64,000 nt of DNA, from assembly GCA_965223325.1 (NCBI GenBank), contig CBDCWI010000002.1:3648001-3712000 (forward strand), given 5' to 3'. Below, piece by piece: positions 29,943-39,887 of the stretch. The translations under genes were made by a program, and so were the position numbers. The notes beneath the pieces were generated by a model. That model was not told the origin of the DNA. It saw only the letters and a list, made by a program, of their open reading frames with translations, and made no database searches. This stretch comes from Candidatus Multivoradales bacterium. GTDB taxonomy: Bacteria > Acidobacteriota > Thermoanaerobaculia > Multivoradales > Multivoraceae. Within the stretch, counting starts at the first letter, position 1; each line of letters begins with the position of its first letter.

Positions 29943-32537
29943 TTGATCGCGCTTCCCATCGATGCCGCCCTGCCCGAGATCCTCGCCGCGCTCGAGCTTT
30001 CAGGCGACCAGGACGGCAATGGCGACTCCGGCGCCCTCGTGCTGCTCGCGGCACCCGGCGCCGGCAAGACGACGCGCGTTCCGCCGGCGCTTCTCGATCA
30101 CTTGCCGGGAAGGATTCTGGTGGTTGAACCGCGTCGCGTTGCCACTCGTGCAGCGGCGGCACGGGTGGCCTCGGAACGTGGCCAGGAACCGGGCGAGGAG
30201 GTGGGCTACCGCATGCGCTTCGAAACGCGCACCAGTGCGCGAACTCGACTCGAGTTCGTTACCGAGGGTATTGCCATTCAGATCCTGCAGAACGACCCGT
30301 TCCTCGAGGGCTGGGATGCGGTGGTACTCGACGAGTTCCATGAACGACGCCTCAACTCCGATCTTCTTCTGGCAATGGTCGAACGGGTGCGCAGAGAGGC
30401 GCGCCCCGAGCTGCGGCTGGTGGTCATGTCGGCGACGCTCGAGCCCGAGCCGATTGCGGCCTTCGTCGACGGTGCGAAGATCGTGCGGGTGCCAGGTAAG
30501 ACTTATCCGGTCCGAGTCGAGTACCTGGCGCGACCCGATGACAGACGGTTGGAAGCACAGATCGGCGCGGCCGTCGGAAGGGCGCTCCTAGAAACCGACG
30601 GCAGCGTGCTGGTTTTCCTGCCCGGCGTGGGCGAGATTCAGCGGGCAAAAGAGCATCTCCAGGACGCAACCGATGTCCTCGTCCTCCCCTTGTCAGGCGA
30701 CCTCCCGATGGCCGAGCAGCAGCGGGCGCTGGCGCGGAGCGCGCAACCTCGCATTGTTCTGGCCACCAACGTCGCCGAAACTTCGGTGACCGTTGAGGGA
30801 GTCACAGCGGTCGTCGACTCGGGCCTGGCGCGGTCGCTACGCCTCGATCCAGGAACGGGTCTCGATCGACTCGAGCGCGTGCGCATTTCGAAGTCGTCGG
30901 CCGACCAGCGCGCCGGTCGCGCCGGTCGTGAAGCGCCGGGTGTCGCCTACCGGTTGTGGACGGAAGGGGAGCATGCGGCGCTGCGAGCACACGACACCGC
31001 TGAGATCGCTCGCGTCGACCTGACGGCGCCTCTTCTGCAACTCCTCGCCTGGGGCGAAGCGGACCCGGTGGCCTTCCCCTGGTTCGAAGCTCCCGATCGA
31101 GCCCGAGCCGAGCGCGCGGTGGTGCTCCTCACCGATCTCGGTGCCTTCCGGCCCGGCGGAGGGCTCACGCCCCTGGGGCGCCAGATGGCGCGTCTCCCGG
31201 TCCATCCGCGGATCGCGCGGTTCCTCGTTGCCTCTAAGGCACATGACGCCGAACCCGGCTTTCTCGAGCGTGCGACGCGCGTCGCGGCCTTGCTCGAAGA
31301 GCGTGATCCCTTCCGGCGACCGCAAGGAGCGGATCGTCGCGGCACCTCTCTGTCGAGTGTTGCCCCGACACGCTCCGATCTCTACGACCGTCTGCTGGCG
31401 ATCGAGGAACTGGCTGACAAACAGAGGGCGCGGCCGCCACTCCTTGCCGCACGCGGCCGTCAGATCCTGCGGGCTGCCAAGCAACATGCTCGGGCACTTC
31501 GTCGGGTCGAGCCCGAGGGCCTGGAGCGGCTCCGGGATGAAGAGCTGGCCCCGCCGGAGAAAACGACCGAGCCGAGCGTCGCGCAAGATCTCGATTTCTT
31601 CGACCGCGCCCTGGTGCGCAGTTTCCCCGACCGGGTCGCGCGTCGCCGCCGTCACGATCCAGCCCGCGGAGTGCTCGTCGGCGGCCGCGGCGTACGCCTG
31701 TCCCCCGATTGCGGAGTTCGTGATGCACCCCTCTTTCTCTGCCTACGGGTCGGTGGCAGTGGCGGCGAAGGTGTCGTGTACATGGCCTCGGCAGTCAGAG
31801 CCTCCGACCTGCCGCAGCAGGCGCTCGACACGCGACGGATCGCGCTTTGGGACAGCGAAGGTGGTCGCGCTCGGGCCTTCGAGAGGCAGCTCTTTCATGA
31901 CCTGGTGCTCGAGGAGCGCGAGGTACCCGTCGAACCGGAGGAAGCCGAAGCACTTCTGCTTGATGTCGCGCGGGCCGATCCCGCCGCAGTTCTGGCGGTT
32001 GGAACCGAACCCACGGCTTCTTTCCTCCTGCGTCTTCGTGCGCTCGCCGTCTGGTGTCCAGAGCTCGAGCTTCCCGACCCCGAGATCCTGCTCGCCGACG
32101 CCCTGCCAGCGATGTGCAGAGGCAAGAGGAGTCTGGCGGAGCTCGCTCGCGTGCCGCTTCTCGACACCATCCGCGGCCTGATCCCCTACCCGCTGCTCGC
32201 CGAGATCGACCGCCTGGCGCCGCTCGAGCTCGAGCTCAGCAACGGGTTGCGCGCGCGCCTCGAGTACCGCGCCGCAGGCGAGCCTCCGGTTCTGGCGCAG
32301 AAGATCCAGCGCTTGTTCGGGGTTGCTCGAACGCCGACCGTTGCCGACGGCCGTGTGCCGGTGCTCGTTCACCTGCTGGCGCCCAATGGGCGGCCGCAGC
32401 AGATCACCAGTGATCTCGAGAACTTCTGGCGCACCACCTACCGAGACGTGAAGAAGGATCTCGCTGGTCGCTATCCCAAGCACGCCTGGCCAGACGATCC
32501 GACGACCGCTGTTCCGCCCCAACGACGCCGGCGTTAG
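29943..32537 (+). CDS. hrpB: ATP-dependent RNA helicase HrpB
   Basis: APGAGKTT, EPRR, DEFHER, MSAT, QRAGRAGR, and HrpB C-terminus GRYPKHAWPDDP; TTG start inferred. Confidence 0.92.
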   Translation: MIALPIDAALPEILAALELSGDQDGNGDSGALVLLAAPGAGKTTRVPPALLDHLPGRILVVEPRRVATRAAAARVASERGQEPGEEVGYRMRFETRTSARTRLEFVTEGIAIQILQNDPFLEGWDAVVLDEFHERRLNSDLLLAMVERVRREARPELRLVVMSATLEPEPIAAFVDGAKIVRVPGKTYPVRVEYLARPDDRRLEAQIGAAVGRALLETDGSVLVFLPGVGEIQRAKEHLQDATDVLVLPLSGDLPMAEQQRALARSAQPRIVLATNVAETSVTVEGVTAVVDSGLARSLRLDPGTGLDRLERVRISKSSADQRAGRAGREAPGVAYRLWTEGEHAALRAHDTAEIARVDLTAPLLQLLAWGEADPVAFPWFEAPDRARAERAVVLLTDLGAFRPGGGLTPLGRQMARLPVHPRIARFLVASKAHDAEPGFLERATRVAALLEERDPFRRPQGADRRGTSLSSVAPTRSDLYDRLLAIEELADKQRARPPLLAARGRQILRAAKQHARALRRVEPEGLERLRDEELAPPEKTTEPSVAQDLDFFDRALVRSFPDRVARRRRHDPARGVLVGGRGVRLSPDCGVRDAPLFLCLRVGGSGGEGVVYMASAVRASDLPQQALDTRRIALWDSEGGRARAFERQLFHDLVLEEREVPVEPEEAEALLLDVARADPAAVLAVGTEPTASFLLRLRALAVWCPELELPDPEILLADALPAMCRGKRSLAELARVPLLDTIRGLIPYPLLAEIDRLAPLELELSNGLRARLEYRAAGEPPVLAQKIQRLFGVARTPTVADGRVPVLVHLLAPNGRPQQITSDLENFWRTTYRDVKKDLAGRYPKHAWPDDPTTAVPPQRRRR

Positions 32538-32549
32538 CGCGCCCTTTTG

Positions 32550-32590
32550 AAACGAAGAAACCCGGGCCGGCGGTAAACCGCAGACCCGGG
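32550..32590 (-). terminator. Hairpin terminator between hrpB and the NHLP precursor
   Basis: CCCGGG…GCGGT/ACCGC…CCCGGG stem followed by TTTCTTCGTTT on the minus strand. Confidence 0.6.
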
Positions 32591-32646
32591 CCTCTCCTGG
32601 AGTTGCGCAACGGTGGTGAGTCACGCGGCTCGTCTTCGAACTGTCC

Positions 32647-32979
32647 TCAGACCAGCGACATCTCGAAGTTGTTGACGGTGTTGAGCGCGCCGTCGGAGTC
32701 CTGGCAGTTGGCTTCCTTGATGATGGAGTGACCGCCGGCGACCGCTTCGAGGTCGGCGTCGGAGAGCTCATCACCCTGCTCGACGACGTGCGGTAGCACG
32801 ACGTAGGCGGTGTCAGCCGACTCTTCGACGACCTTGATGTTCACGCTGCCCGGAACGTCGATTCCGAACTGGCGCTGGATGACCTCGCGCGGGTCAGCCT
32901 TCAGGCTCTCGCGGTAGGTGTTGCTCTCGGCTGCGAACTTGGCCAACAGGTCCTGCATCTCGCCTCGGGTAAGTTCCAT
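32647..32979 (-). CDS. NHLP-leader (nitrile hydratase-like) RiPP precursor peptide
   Basis: YRESLKADPREVI, IKVVEESADTAYVVLP, ELSDADLEAVAGG cleavage motif, 27-aa core; AAGGAG RBS. Confidence 0.9.
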   Translation of the reverse strand: MELTRGEMQDLLAKFAAESNTYRESLKADPREVIQRQFGIDVPGSVNIKVVEESADTAYVVLPHVVEQGDELSDADLEAVAGGHSIIKEANCQDSDGALNTVNNFEMSLV

Positions 32980-33070
32980 TTCGTTTCTCCTTGCTGTGGG
33001 GTGTTTGCGGGTTTGATAGTGAGTCGTGAGCTGTAACGTTCGCGCCTCGTTTCGTGATGCGAGGGGTAAC

Positions 33071-33086
33071 TGCAGGCGCTGTGCCA
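33071..33086 (-). promoter_or_regulatory. Sigma54 (-24/-12) promoter candidate for the NHLP precursor
   Basis: TGGCAC-AGCGC-CTGCA: exact GG-N10-GC spacing, one mismatch to TGGCAC-N5-TTGCW. Confidence 0.65.
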
Positions 33087-33288
33087 GGACGCTCCAAGAG
33101 CGCTCGCCTTCTTGACGCGGCCCGTCATGGCCAATGAAACCAAGGCTTTGACGGTACCCCTGGCGCGATTCGGCGCGATGAACTGTGACCGCCGCGCGAC
33201 GGTTGAAGAGCAAGGACCGGTTCCTGGTGGAGCTCTCGCTCCAGTCAATAGAGCCCCGGTTCGCCGGGCTCCGTAGCCCAATAACGGT

Positions 33289-34035
33289 CTAGGGCGCCAG
33301 CCTGTCGAGATGGATGCGCGCGACGTCACCCATGTAGTGCGGAAAGTCGATCGCGGTGGCCTTCTCGAGATGGATCAGCGCTTTATCTTTCTGCCCCAGC
33401 ATGTCGGCGTAGAGACCGAGGTAGAGGTGGGCGTAGAAAAGAGGCTGGGTCTCCCCCGAGGCTTCGGCGGCAGCCAGCACCTCTCCGGGCTTCCCGTGGC
33501 CCGCGAAAAGCTCGTAGATTGCAGTCATCGGCACCCGCGAGTCCGGGCCGACCGGCAGGATCTCGGCCTGGGCGGTCTTGATCCCGTCGAGCTTGGCGCG
33601 ACATAAGAGATGCCACACCGCGTTCTCTGTGTCGTTCGGATTGACCTCACGATGGCGGTCGAACTGACCGACGCAGTCCTTGTTTCGCCCCAGGTAGTAG
33701 TAGGCAATGCCGCGCTGCCACAGCTGGGGCTCAGTCTTCGGAGCCAGGGTTGCGACGCGGTCGAAGTCTTCGATCGCGGCGAGTATCTGGCCTCGCTTGA
33801 AGAGCACGCTGCCCCGCAACAGCCAGGCCGAAGGCTCGCGCGGCGCAAGGTCGACCAGCTGCTCGTAGGTTTCATAGGCGGCGTCGAGGTTGCCAGCCAG
33901 CTCGTGTTGCTGCCCTTCGCTGATCAGGCGCCGGATCTCGTTGGGGTCAGCGCGCTGCGCGCCGCACAAAGCGGCCAGAACAAACGCGGTTGAGAAAAGG
34001 GCCAGCGCTTTCCATGCCGTTACTCGGTTCCTCAT
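33289..34035 (-). CDS. Exported TPR protein (NlpI-like)
   Basis: Signal peptide; LWQRGIAYYY, NPNDTENAVW, FYAHLYLGLY. Confidence 0.8.
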   Translation of the reverse strand: MRNRVTAWKALALFSTAFVLAALCGAQRADPNEIRRLISEGQQHELAGNLDAAYETYEQLVDLAPREPSAWLLRGSVLFKRGQILAAIEDFDRVATLAPKTEPQLWQRGIAYYYLGRNKDCVGQFDRHREVNPNDTENAVWHLLCRAKLDGIKTAQAEILPVGPDSRVPMTAIYELFAGHGKPGEVLAAAEASGETQPLFYAHLYLGLYADMLGQKDKALIHLEKATAIDFPHYMGDVARIHLDRLAP

Positions 34036-34116
34036 CAGATGACGCTATCGCAGCTTCCGGTCTCCGACTCCCAGGCGCTGGCTGAGACGTGCCGACGGCC
34101 AATAGACTCGACGCTT

Positions 34117-37100
34117 ATGTTCGAGACAGCGATCTGGCGAGACAGCTCAGCGCGCATGCGCGCAAGCGCCCCTTATCGGCGGCTCAAGGAGGCCATCGAG
34201 AGTGGCGATCCTCTGGTCCAGCTTGAACGTACGCCGCTCCCGGTCGCAGCCTGGTGTCTCGAGCTCCTTCGCCAGGATCTCGGCCGGCCCGTCCTGGCGT
34301 TGGTTCCGCGTGAATCCGATGCGGTTGCCTGGGTCGAGGCGGCCCGTCTGCTCGGCGCTCCGGGTGATCCAGAGGCCGTCACCGACTTCCCTTCACCGTC
34401 CTTGACTCCGTACCAGGAAGCGCGTGCCGCCTTGATGGTGCGGGCCGGCGAAGCGCGGGCGCTCGACGCATTGTTTGCCGCCCAGTCGCCCGGGGTGGTG
34501 TGTACGCCGCGCGCCCTCTTTCAACGTTTGCCGGTGAGACGCGATTTCACCGACCGGATCGTGACCTTGTCGACCGGTGACGAGATCGCCGTCGAAACGC
34601 TGGTAGCCAAGCTCGAGGATGCCGGCTACCTACGCGCCGACCTGGTCGCCGAGGTCGGCATGTACGCGGTTCGCGGTGGCGTACTCGACTTGTGGCCACC
34701 TGCCCGGGATCGCCCAGTGCGGCTTGATTTCTTCGGTGACGAGATCGAGTCGGTACGAGCCTTCGATCCCGCCACTCAACGCTCCGACGCCATGTCTGGA
34801 GAAGGGTCGGCCTCAGCGCCAGCCGATGGAGCACAGACGGTCAGAATCCGACCGCTGGGTCTCTTTGCGGTCGGTGAAGCAGAGGCAATGGATCTCGCCG
34901 AGGTCCTCGAGGACGAGGCCCCGGTCGATTTCGTTGGCGCCGCCCGTGAGCGACTGGACCTCTTGGCGCGTGGCGGTCACTTTCCGGGGTGGGAGAACTG
35001 GTTGCCACTGGTTCACGACACGATTTCGCTTCACCAGGCGCTCGAGGACCCTCTGATCGCTCTTTTTGAACCTTCGATTTTGGCCGGCGAGGTGCGTCAT
35101 CACGGTGCTTTGCTCGAGCAGGAATACGAAGCGCGACTCGAGCAGGGCCTGCTTGTTGTGCCACCCGAGGAACTGGCCACTCCGGTCGACGAGGTCGACG
35201 AGACCTTTTCTCTAGCTACGCTCCAGGTCGGCGATGTCGTGGTTGGCGGCGACACCGGCGCCGAGGTGTCGATTGATTTTGAGGCCACAGCCACCGAAAA
35301 CCTGCAAAGGCACCTGCAGCGCTTTCCACGAGAAGTGGAGACGGCGCGCGATCGCGGCGATCGTTTGCTTCTGGTGGCGCCGCCAGAGAACCACAACCGG
35401 CTTTCTGAGTGGCTAGAGCGTGGCCCGGGGGAAGAAGATCTGACGCCCTGGGTTGGTCTTGCCTCAGGTGAGTTGGCTTCAGGCTTCAGGCTGCCAGCGC
35501 TCGAGCTGGTGTTGTTTGGAGAAGAACAGCTCTTTCCGCGACGCAGCGCTCGGGGCAAGAGCGGGCCGAAACGCTTCGGTCCCTTCCTCGCCGACTTGCG
35601 CGACCTGAAGGTCGGCGACTTCGTCGTTCATGAAGACCATGGGATCGGTCAGTTCCTGGGCATTCGGTCGCTGGGAGCGGCAGCAGAACCCGCTCTTGGC
35701 ACTTCTGACCTGCCGCCGGCGATCGCCGGCCTCGAAGAGATCGGCGGAGGCGCAGTGGAGGTGATGGAGATCGTCTACGCTCAGGAGCGCGCCCTGCTCC
35801 TGCCGCTCGATCGTATTCACCAGATCCAGAAGTACAGCGGGCTCGACGCGCTGGTGCCCCGGCTCGACAAACTCGGTGGGTCGAGCTGGGCGAAGAAGAA
35901 GAGCCGCGTCAAGAAGGGGCTGCAGGCACTAGCAACCGACCTGCTCAAGCTCTACGCCGAGCGCGAGCTTGCCGAGGCCCCGGCTATGCCTCCGGACAGC
36001 GATTCGCAGAATCAGTTCGAAGCCTCATTCGAGCACCAGGAGACCGACGACCAGCTCGAAGCCGCGACCGCCATCAAGGCAGATCTCGAACGCGCGAAAC
36101 CGATGGACCGACTCCTGTGCGGCGACGTTGGCTTCGGTAAGACCGAAGTAGCGATGCGGGCGGCCTTCAAGGTCGTCGACGCCGGCTACCAGGTCGCGAT
36201 TCTCGCCCCAACCACCATCCTCGCCGACCAGCACCTGCAGACGTTCAAGCGTCGCTTCGCCGGCTTCCCGATCGAGGTCGAGATGATCTCGCGCTTCCGC
36301 ACCGCGGCCGAGGTGCGTGAGGTGCGTGAACGTGTCGCGGCGGGCAAAGTGCAGATCCTGATTGGTACTCACCGTCTCCTGTCGCGAGACATCGACATTC
36401 CGATGTTGGCTTTGATGATCGTCGACGAAGAGCAGCGTTTCGGCGTCGGCCAGAAGGAAAAGCTCAAGGAGCTGAAGAAGAACATCCACGTGTTGGCAAT
36501 GTCGGCGACGCCGGTTCCGAGAACACTGCAGCTCTCCCTTGCCGGAGTGCGCGATCTATCGGTCATCGAGACGCCGCCGCGCGACCGCATGGCCGTCGAG
36601 ACCCGAATCGTGCCGTTCGGGGCCGACCTGGTGAAAGAAGCAATTGAGTACGAGCTCGAGCGTGAGGGGCAGGTGTACTACGTCTACAACCGCGTCGAGA
36701 ACATCGAAGAGGTCAGCGGTTGGTTGCGCGAGCTGGTACCTGGTGTGCGCATCACGGTCGGCCACGGCCAGATGGACGAGCAGGAGCTCGCGCGCCGCAT
36801 GCACGCATTCACCCGCGGCGAACACGACGTTCTCCTGGCGACCACGATCATCGAGAACGGCATCGACATTCCCAACGTCAATACGATGTTGGTGCATCGC
36901 GCCGACCGTTTCGGGTTAGCGCAGCTCTATCAGCTCAGAGGTCGCGTGGGGCGTTCCGACCAGTTGGCCTATTGCTACATGATGGTGTCGTCAGACAAGG
37001 TGCTCACTGAAGTCGCACGCAAGCGGCTCGAGGCGATTCGTGAGTTCACCGACCTCGGTGCCGGCTTTCGGATTGCGGCACGGGACCTCGAGATTCGGGG

Positions 37101-37716
37101 TGCGGGCAATTTGTTGGGCGCCGAACAGAGTGGACACATTGCCGAACTGGGTATCGAGACCTACCTCAAGATGCTCGAGGACACCGTGCGCGAGCTGCGC
37201 GGCGAGACGATTGAAGAAGCTCCCTCGGCCACCATCGATCTACCGGTCATGACCACCATCCCCTCCGAGTACATCGCCGAAACCAACCTGCGAATGGAGA
37301 TCTATCGCCGTCTCGCCAGTTCCCACGAAGATATCGACGAGGTGCTCACCGAGTTGCGCGATCGTTTCGGGCCGCCTCCCGAGTCGGTCCTGACCCTGGT
37401 GCGCGCCGCGTCGCTCAAGCAGCTCGCCGAGGAGCTGCGCGTGCAGTCGGTTTCCTCGCGCGGTACGACGCTATCGATTCGCATGCGTCAGGACGCGCGG
37501 GTTGATCTCGATACGTTGATTCGCTTCGTCTCCGAGCACGAGAGCGCCACCTTTTCCCCTACCGGTGTTCTGACCCTCGAGGGTGTATCGCCGGGCACCA
37601 GTCTCGACGTTGCCCGACGGACGCTCGAGCACATCGCTCCGGCGACCCTTACCCCGGCCGGCGTCGCGGCAGCTGCGGTAGACAGCGCGCCGACGGAGTC
37701 GCCATGGGTGAATTGA
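34117..37716 (+). CDS. mfd: Transcription-repair coupling factor
   Basis: VRGGVLD, CarD/RID VVHEDHGIG, CGDVGFGKTEVA, DEEQRFG, SATPVPRTL, QLRGRVGRS, TRCF tail. Confidence 0.97.
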   Translation: MFETAIWRDSSARMRASAPYRRLKEAIESGDPLVQLERTPLPVAAWCLELLRQDLGRPVLALVPRESDAVAWVEAARLLGAPGDPEAVTDFPSPSLTPYQEARAALMVRAGEARALDALFAAQSPGVVCTPRALFQRLPVRRDFTDRIVTLSTGDEIAVETLVAKLEDAGYLRADLVAEVGMYAVRGGVLDLWPPARDRPVRLDFFGDEIESVRAFDPATQRSDAMSGEGSASAPADGAQTVRIRPLGLFAVGEAEAMDLAEVLEDEAPVDFVGAARERLDLLARGGHFPGWENWLPLVHDTISLHQALEDPLIALFEPSILAGEVRHHGALLEQEYEARLEQGLLVVPPEELATPVDEVDETFSLATLQVGDVVVGGDTGAEVSIDFEATATENLQRHLQRFPREVETARDRGDRLLLVAPPENHNRLSEWLERGPGEEDLTPWVGLASGELASGFRLPALELVLFGEEQLFPRRSARGKSGPKRFGPFLADLRDLKVGDFVVHEDHGIGQFLGIRSLGAAAEPALGTSDLPPAIAGLEEIGGGAVEVMEIVYAQERALLLPLDRIHQIQKYSGLDALVPRLDKLGGSSWAKKKSRVKKGLQALATDLLKLYAERELAEAPAMPPDSDSQNQFEASFEHQETDDQLEAATAIKADLERAKPMDRLLCGDVGFGKTEVAMRAAFKVVDAGYQVAILAPTTILADQHLQTFKRRFAGFPIEVEMISRFRTAAEVREVRERVAAGKVQILIGTHRLLSRDIDIPMLALMIVDEEQRFGVGQKEKLKELKKNIHVLAMSATPVPRTLQLSLAGVRDLSVIETPPRDRMAVETRIVPFGADLVKEAIEYELEREGQVYYVYNRVENIEEVSGWLRELVPGVRITVGHGQMDEQELARRMHAFTRGEHDVLLATTIIENGIDIPNVNTMLVHRADRFGLAQLYQLRGRVGRSDQLAYCYMMVSSDKVLTEVARKRLEAIREFTDLGAGFRIAARDLEIRGAGNLLGAEQSGHIAELGIETYLKMLEDTVRELRGETIEEAPSATIDLPVMTTIPSEYIAETNLRMEIYRRLASSHEDIDEVLTELRDRFGPPPESVLTLVRAASLKQLAEELRVQSVSSRGTTLSIRMRQDARVDLDTLIRFVSEHESATFSPTGVLTLEGVSPGTSLDVARRTLEHIAPATLTPAGVAAAAVDSAPTESPWVN

Positions 37717-38579
37717 TTCCGTTGCGCCGCCGCTCTGTGCTCGTACTCGTTTTGATGTCGATGGTGCTCGCGGCTGGGTGCCGTGAAGCCGCTTCGGATC
37801 CTGATCAGGTGGCGAGCGTTGGTGGAGAGCCAATTCTGTTTGCTGACCTGGCGTCGTTCTATCAACAGTCGGTCGGTGACGATTGGCAAGGTCTCGAAAG
37901 CGACGTTCTGGTTGCCCTCTTTGAGCAGTTCCTCGACGAGCGGCTACTCCATCGGCTGGCGGTCGATCGAGGCTTGATCCAGGAGGCCGACGATGGGCGC
38001 ACCGCGCTCGAAGCGTTACTCGAGTCGACGCGGCAGCAGGACGCGGTGAGCGAGGCCGAGATCTCGAAGCGCTACCGACGGCAGGCTGCACGCTTCGAGT
38101 TGCCCGAGCGCGTCGAGCTGCAGCAGATCCTGGTGGAGGACCGTGCGACGGCCGAGAGGGCGCTTTCAGAACTCGCGGCTGGAGCTGATTTCGGCGAGGT
38201 GGCGCGGCAGCTTTCGACCGATCCGAGCGCCCCATACGGGGGCTACCAGGGTGAGTTGGCGCGCGAAGATCTGCCGGTCGCGCTCGCCGAGACCATCTTT
38301 TCGCTTGCCGAAGGGGACGTCTCGGAGATTCTCGAGGCCGACTACGGTTTCCACATCTTTCTGGTTGCCCGTCGCTTGCCGGCCGAGACCCGGTCGCTGG
38401 CCGACGCTCGCGACGAGGTCAGGCGGGAGATTGAGGTCGAGCGGGCGGACATCGGCCTCGGCCAGCTGCTTATGGAGGCGCGCGAGCTATATGATGTCGA
38501 GATTCACCAGGAGCGATTGCCCTTTGCGATCGACCCCGCGCGCAGTGCCACGGCACCTTCGGGCGACAACGAGGACTGA
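37704..38579 (+). CDS. PpiC/PrsA-type peptidyl-prolyl isomerase lipoprotein
   Basis: Lipobox AAGC; GADFGEVARQLS, GGYQG, YGFHI. Confidence 0.82.
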   Translation: MGELIPLRRRSVLVLVLMSMVLAAGCREAASDPDQVASVGGEPILFADLASFYQQSVGDDWQGLESDVLVALFEQFLDERLLHRLAVDRGLIQEADDGRTALEALLESTRQQDAVSEAEISKRYRRQAARFELPERVELQQILVEDRATAERALSELAAGADFGEVARQLSTDPSAPYGGYQGELAREDLPVALAETIFSLAEGDVSEILEADYGFHIFLVARRLPAETRSLADARDEVRREIEVERADIGLGQLLMEARELYDVEIHQERLPFAIDPARSATAPSGDNED

Positions 38580-38722
38580 GCGCTGTGGGACTCTTGAGGG
38601 GGCCGGAACCAGAAGCCCTGGAGACACGTTCATAAGACGGTGCGCCGAGAGCTTTGTCTCGAGGCTGGCGTTTCAGCGCTCCAGGCAGCAGCGACCCAGA
38701 ATGCCCTTGGAAGGAAGAGAAG

Positions 38723-39874
38723 ATGAATCGCATACCGAACACTCCCCGGCGGCTCTGCCCAGGCCACTGCGTGCGCTTCGCCATCCTCTGCGCTCTCCTG
38801 CTACCAGCACTCGCAACGCCAGTCGCTGGGCAGGCAGTGCTCAACGAGAATGGCATTGTGTTGCGCGTCAACGACGAGATCGCCACCCAGTGGGACTTCC
38901 AGAGCCGCCTGGCTGAGCGCCGCCGGCTCATCGAGGCCGCACCGGAGTTCGACGCCGAGGAGCGTAGCCGCCGCTCGAGCGAGGCGCCGTCGGTCGTGCT
39001 CAGCAACATCTTCGACGAACTCCTCATCACCTCCCGTGCCGATCAGTTGGGCATCGTGATCACCGATTTCGAGATCGACGAAGCGATCCGACAGATGCGC
39101 GAGCAGAACGGCATTCAAGACGACCGCACGTTCCTCCAGGCGTTGGCGCAGGAGGGGCTGACGCTCGAGCGGCTGCGCGATCAATACCGGCGCCAGCAAA
39201 TGCGCAACGGCGTGATCCAGCGCGAGATTCGCGGTCGCGTCGACCTCGACGAAGACGACCTGCGTCGTATCTATCGCGAGAACCCCGAAGAGTTCCGAAC
39301 CGCCGAGCGCGTTCAGGTACGCGAAATCGTGGTCCTGGAGGCCACCGGGACCAGGCTACTTGCCGATGAGGTCCGTCGTGAATTGGTCGGTGGCAAAAGC
39401 CTGCTGGAGGTCAAAGAGCAATTCGGCGATGAACTCTCCAACGTTCTCGAGGTCGGCTGGGTTGAGTCGGGTGATCTCGACCCCACTCTCGAGGCGGCGG
39501 CCTGGGACCTCGAAGTCAACGAGTACACCCAGCCTGTCGAGGCGCGTGGCGGCTGGCACATCGCTCAGGTGACTGGTCGCGAACTGCCCTCGGTCAAGCC
39601 TTTCGAAGACGTGCGCGACGTGCTCGAGCGGCGAGAGTTCGCGCGTCTCATGGGTGAGGCCTACACCGACTATGTTGCCGAGCTCGAGGAGCGGGCCTTC
39701 GTCGAGTGCGACCAGAGCGTGGCGGGCCAGTTCTGTGCCGACAAGCTCGCCGGGCGCCGGACACCGGGAGCCGACGGTGACTCGTTAGGCCTCGAAGACG
39801 TCGACCGCCTGTTCTCGCCCGCGAATCAGAGCGACGGGACCGCGAGCACCGGAGACGATTCTTCTGGCGATTGA
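38723..39874 (+). CDS. SurA-like chaperone / PPIase
   Basis: Signal peptide, IVLRVNDEI, SurA N-domain, parvulin GWHI motif. Confidence 0.82.
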   Translation: MNRIPNTPRRLCPGHCVRFAILCALLLPALATPVAGQAVLNENGIVLRVNDEIATQWDFQSRLAERRRLIEAAPEFDAEERSRRSSEAPSVVLSNIFDELLITSRADQLGIVITDFEIDEAIRQMREQNGIQDDRTFLQALAQEGLTLERLRDQYRRQQMRNGVIQREIRGRVDLDEDDLRRIYRENPEEFRTAERVQVREIVVLEATGTRLLADEVRRELVGGKSLLEVKEQFGDELSNVLEVGWVESGDLDPTLEAAAWDLEVNEYTQPVEARGGWHIAQVTGRELPSVKPFEDVRDVLERREFARLMGEAYTDYVAELEERAFVECDQSVAGQFCADKLAGRRTPGADGDSLGLEDVDRLFSPANQSDGTASTGDDSSGD

Positions 39875-39887
39875 GGGCCGCGGCTGA

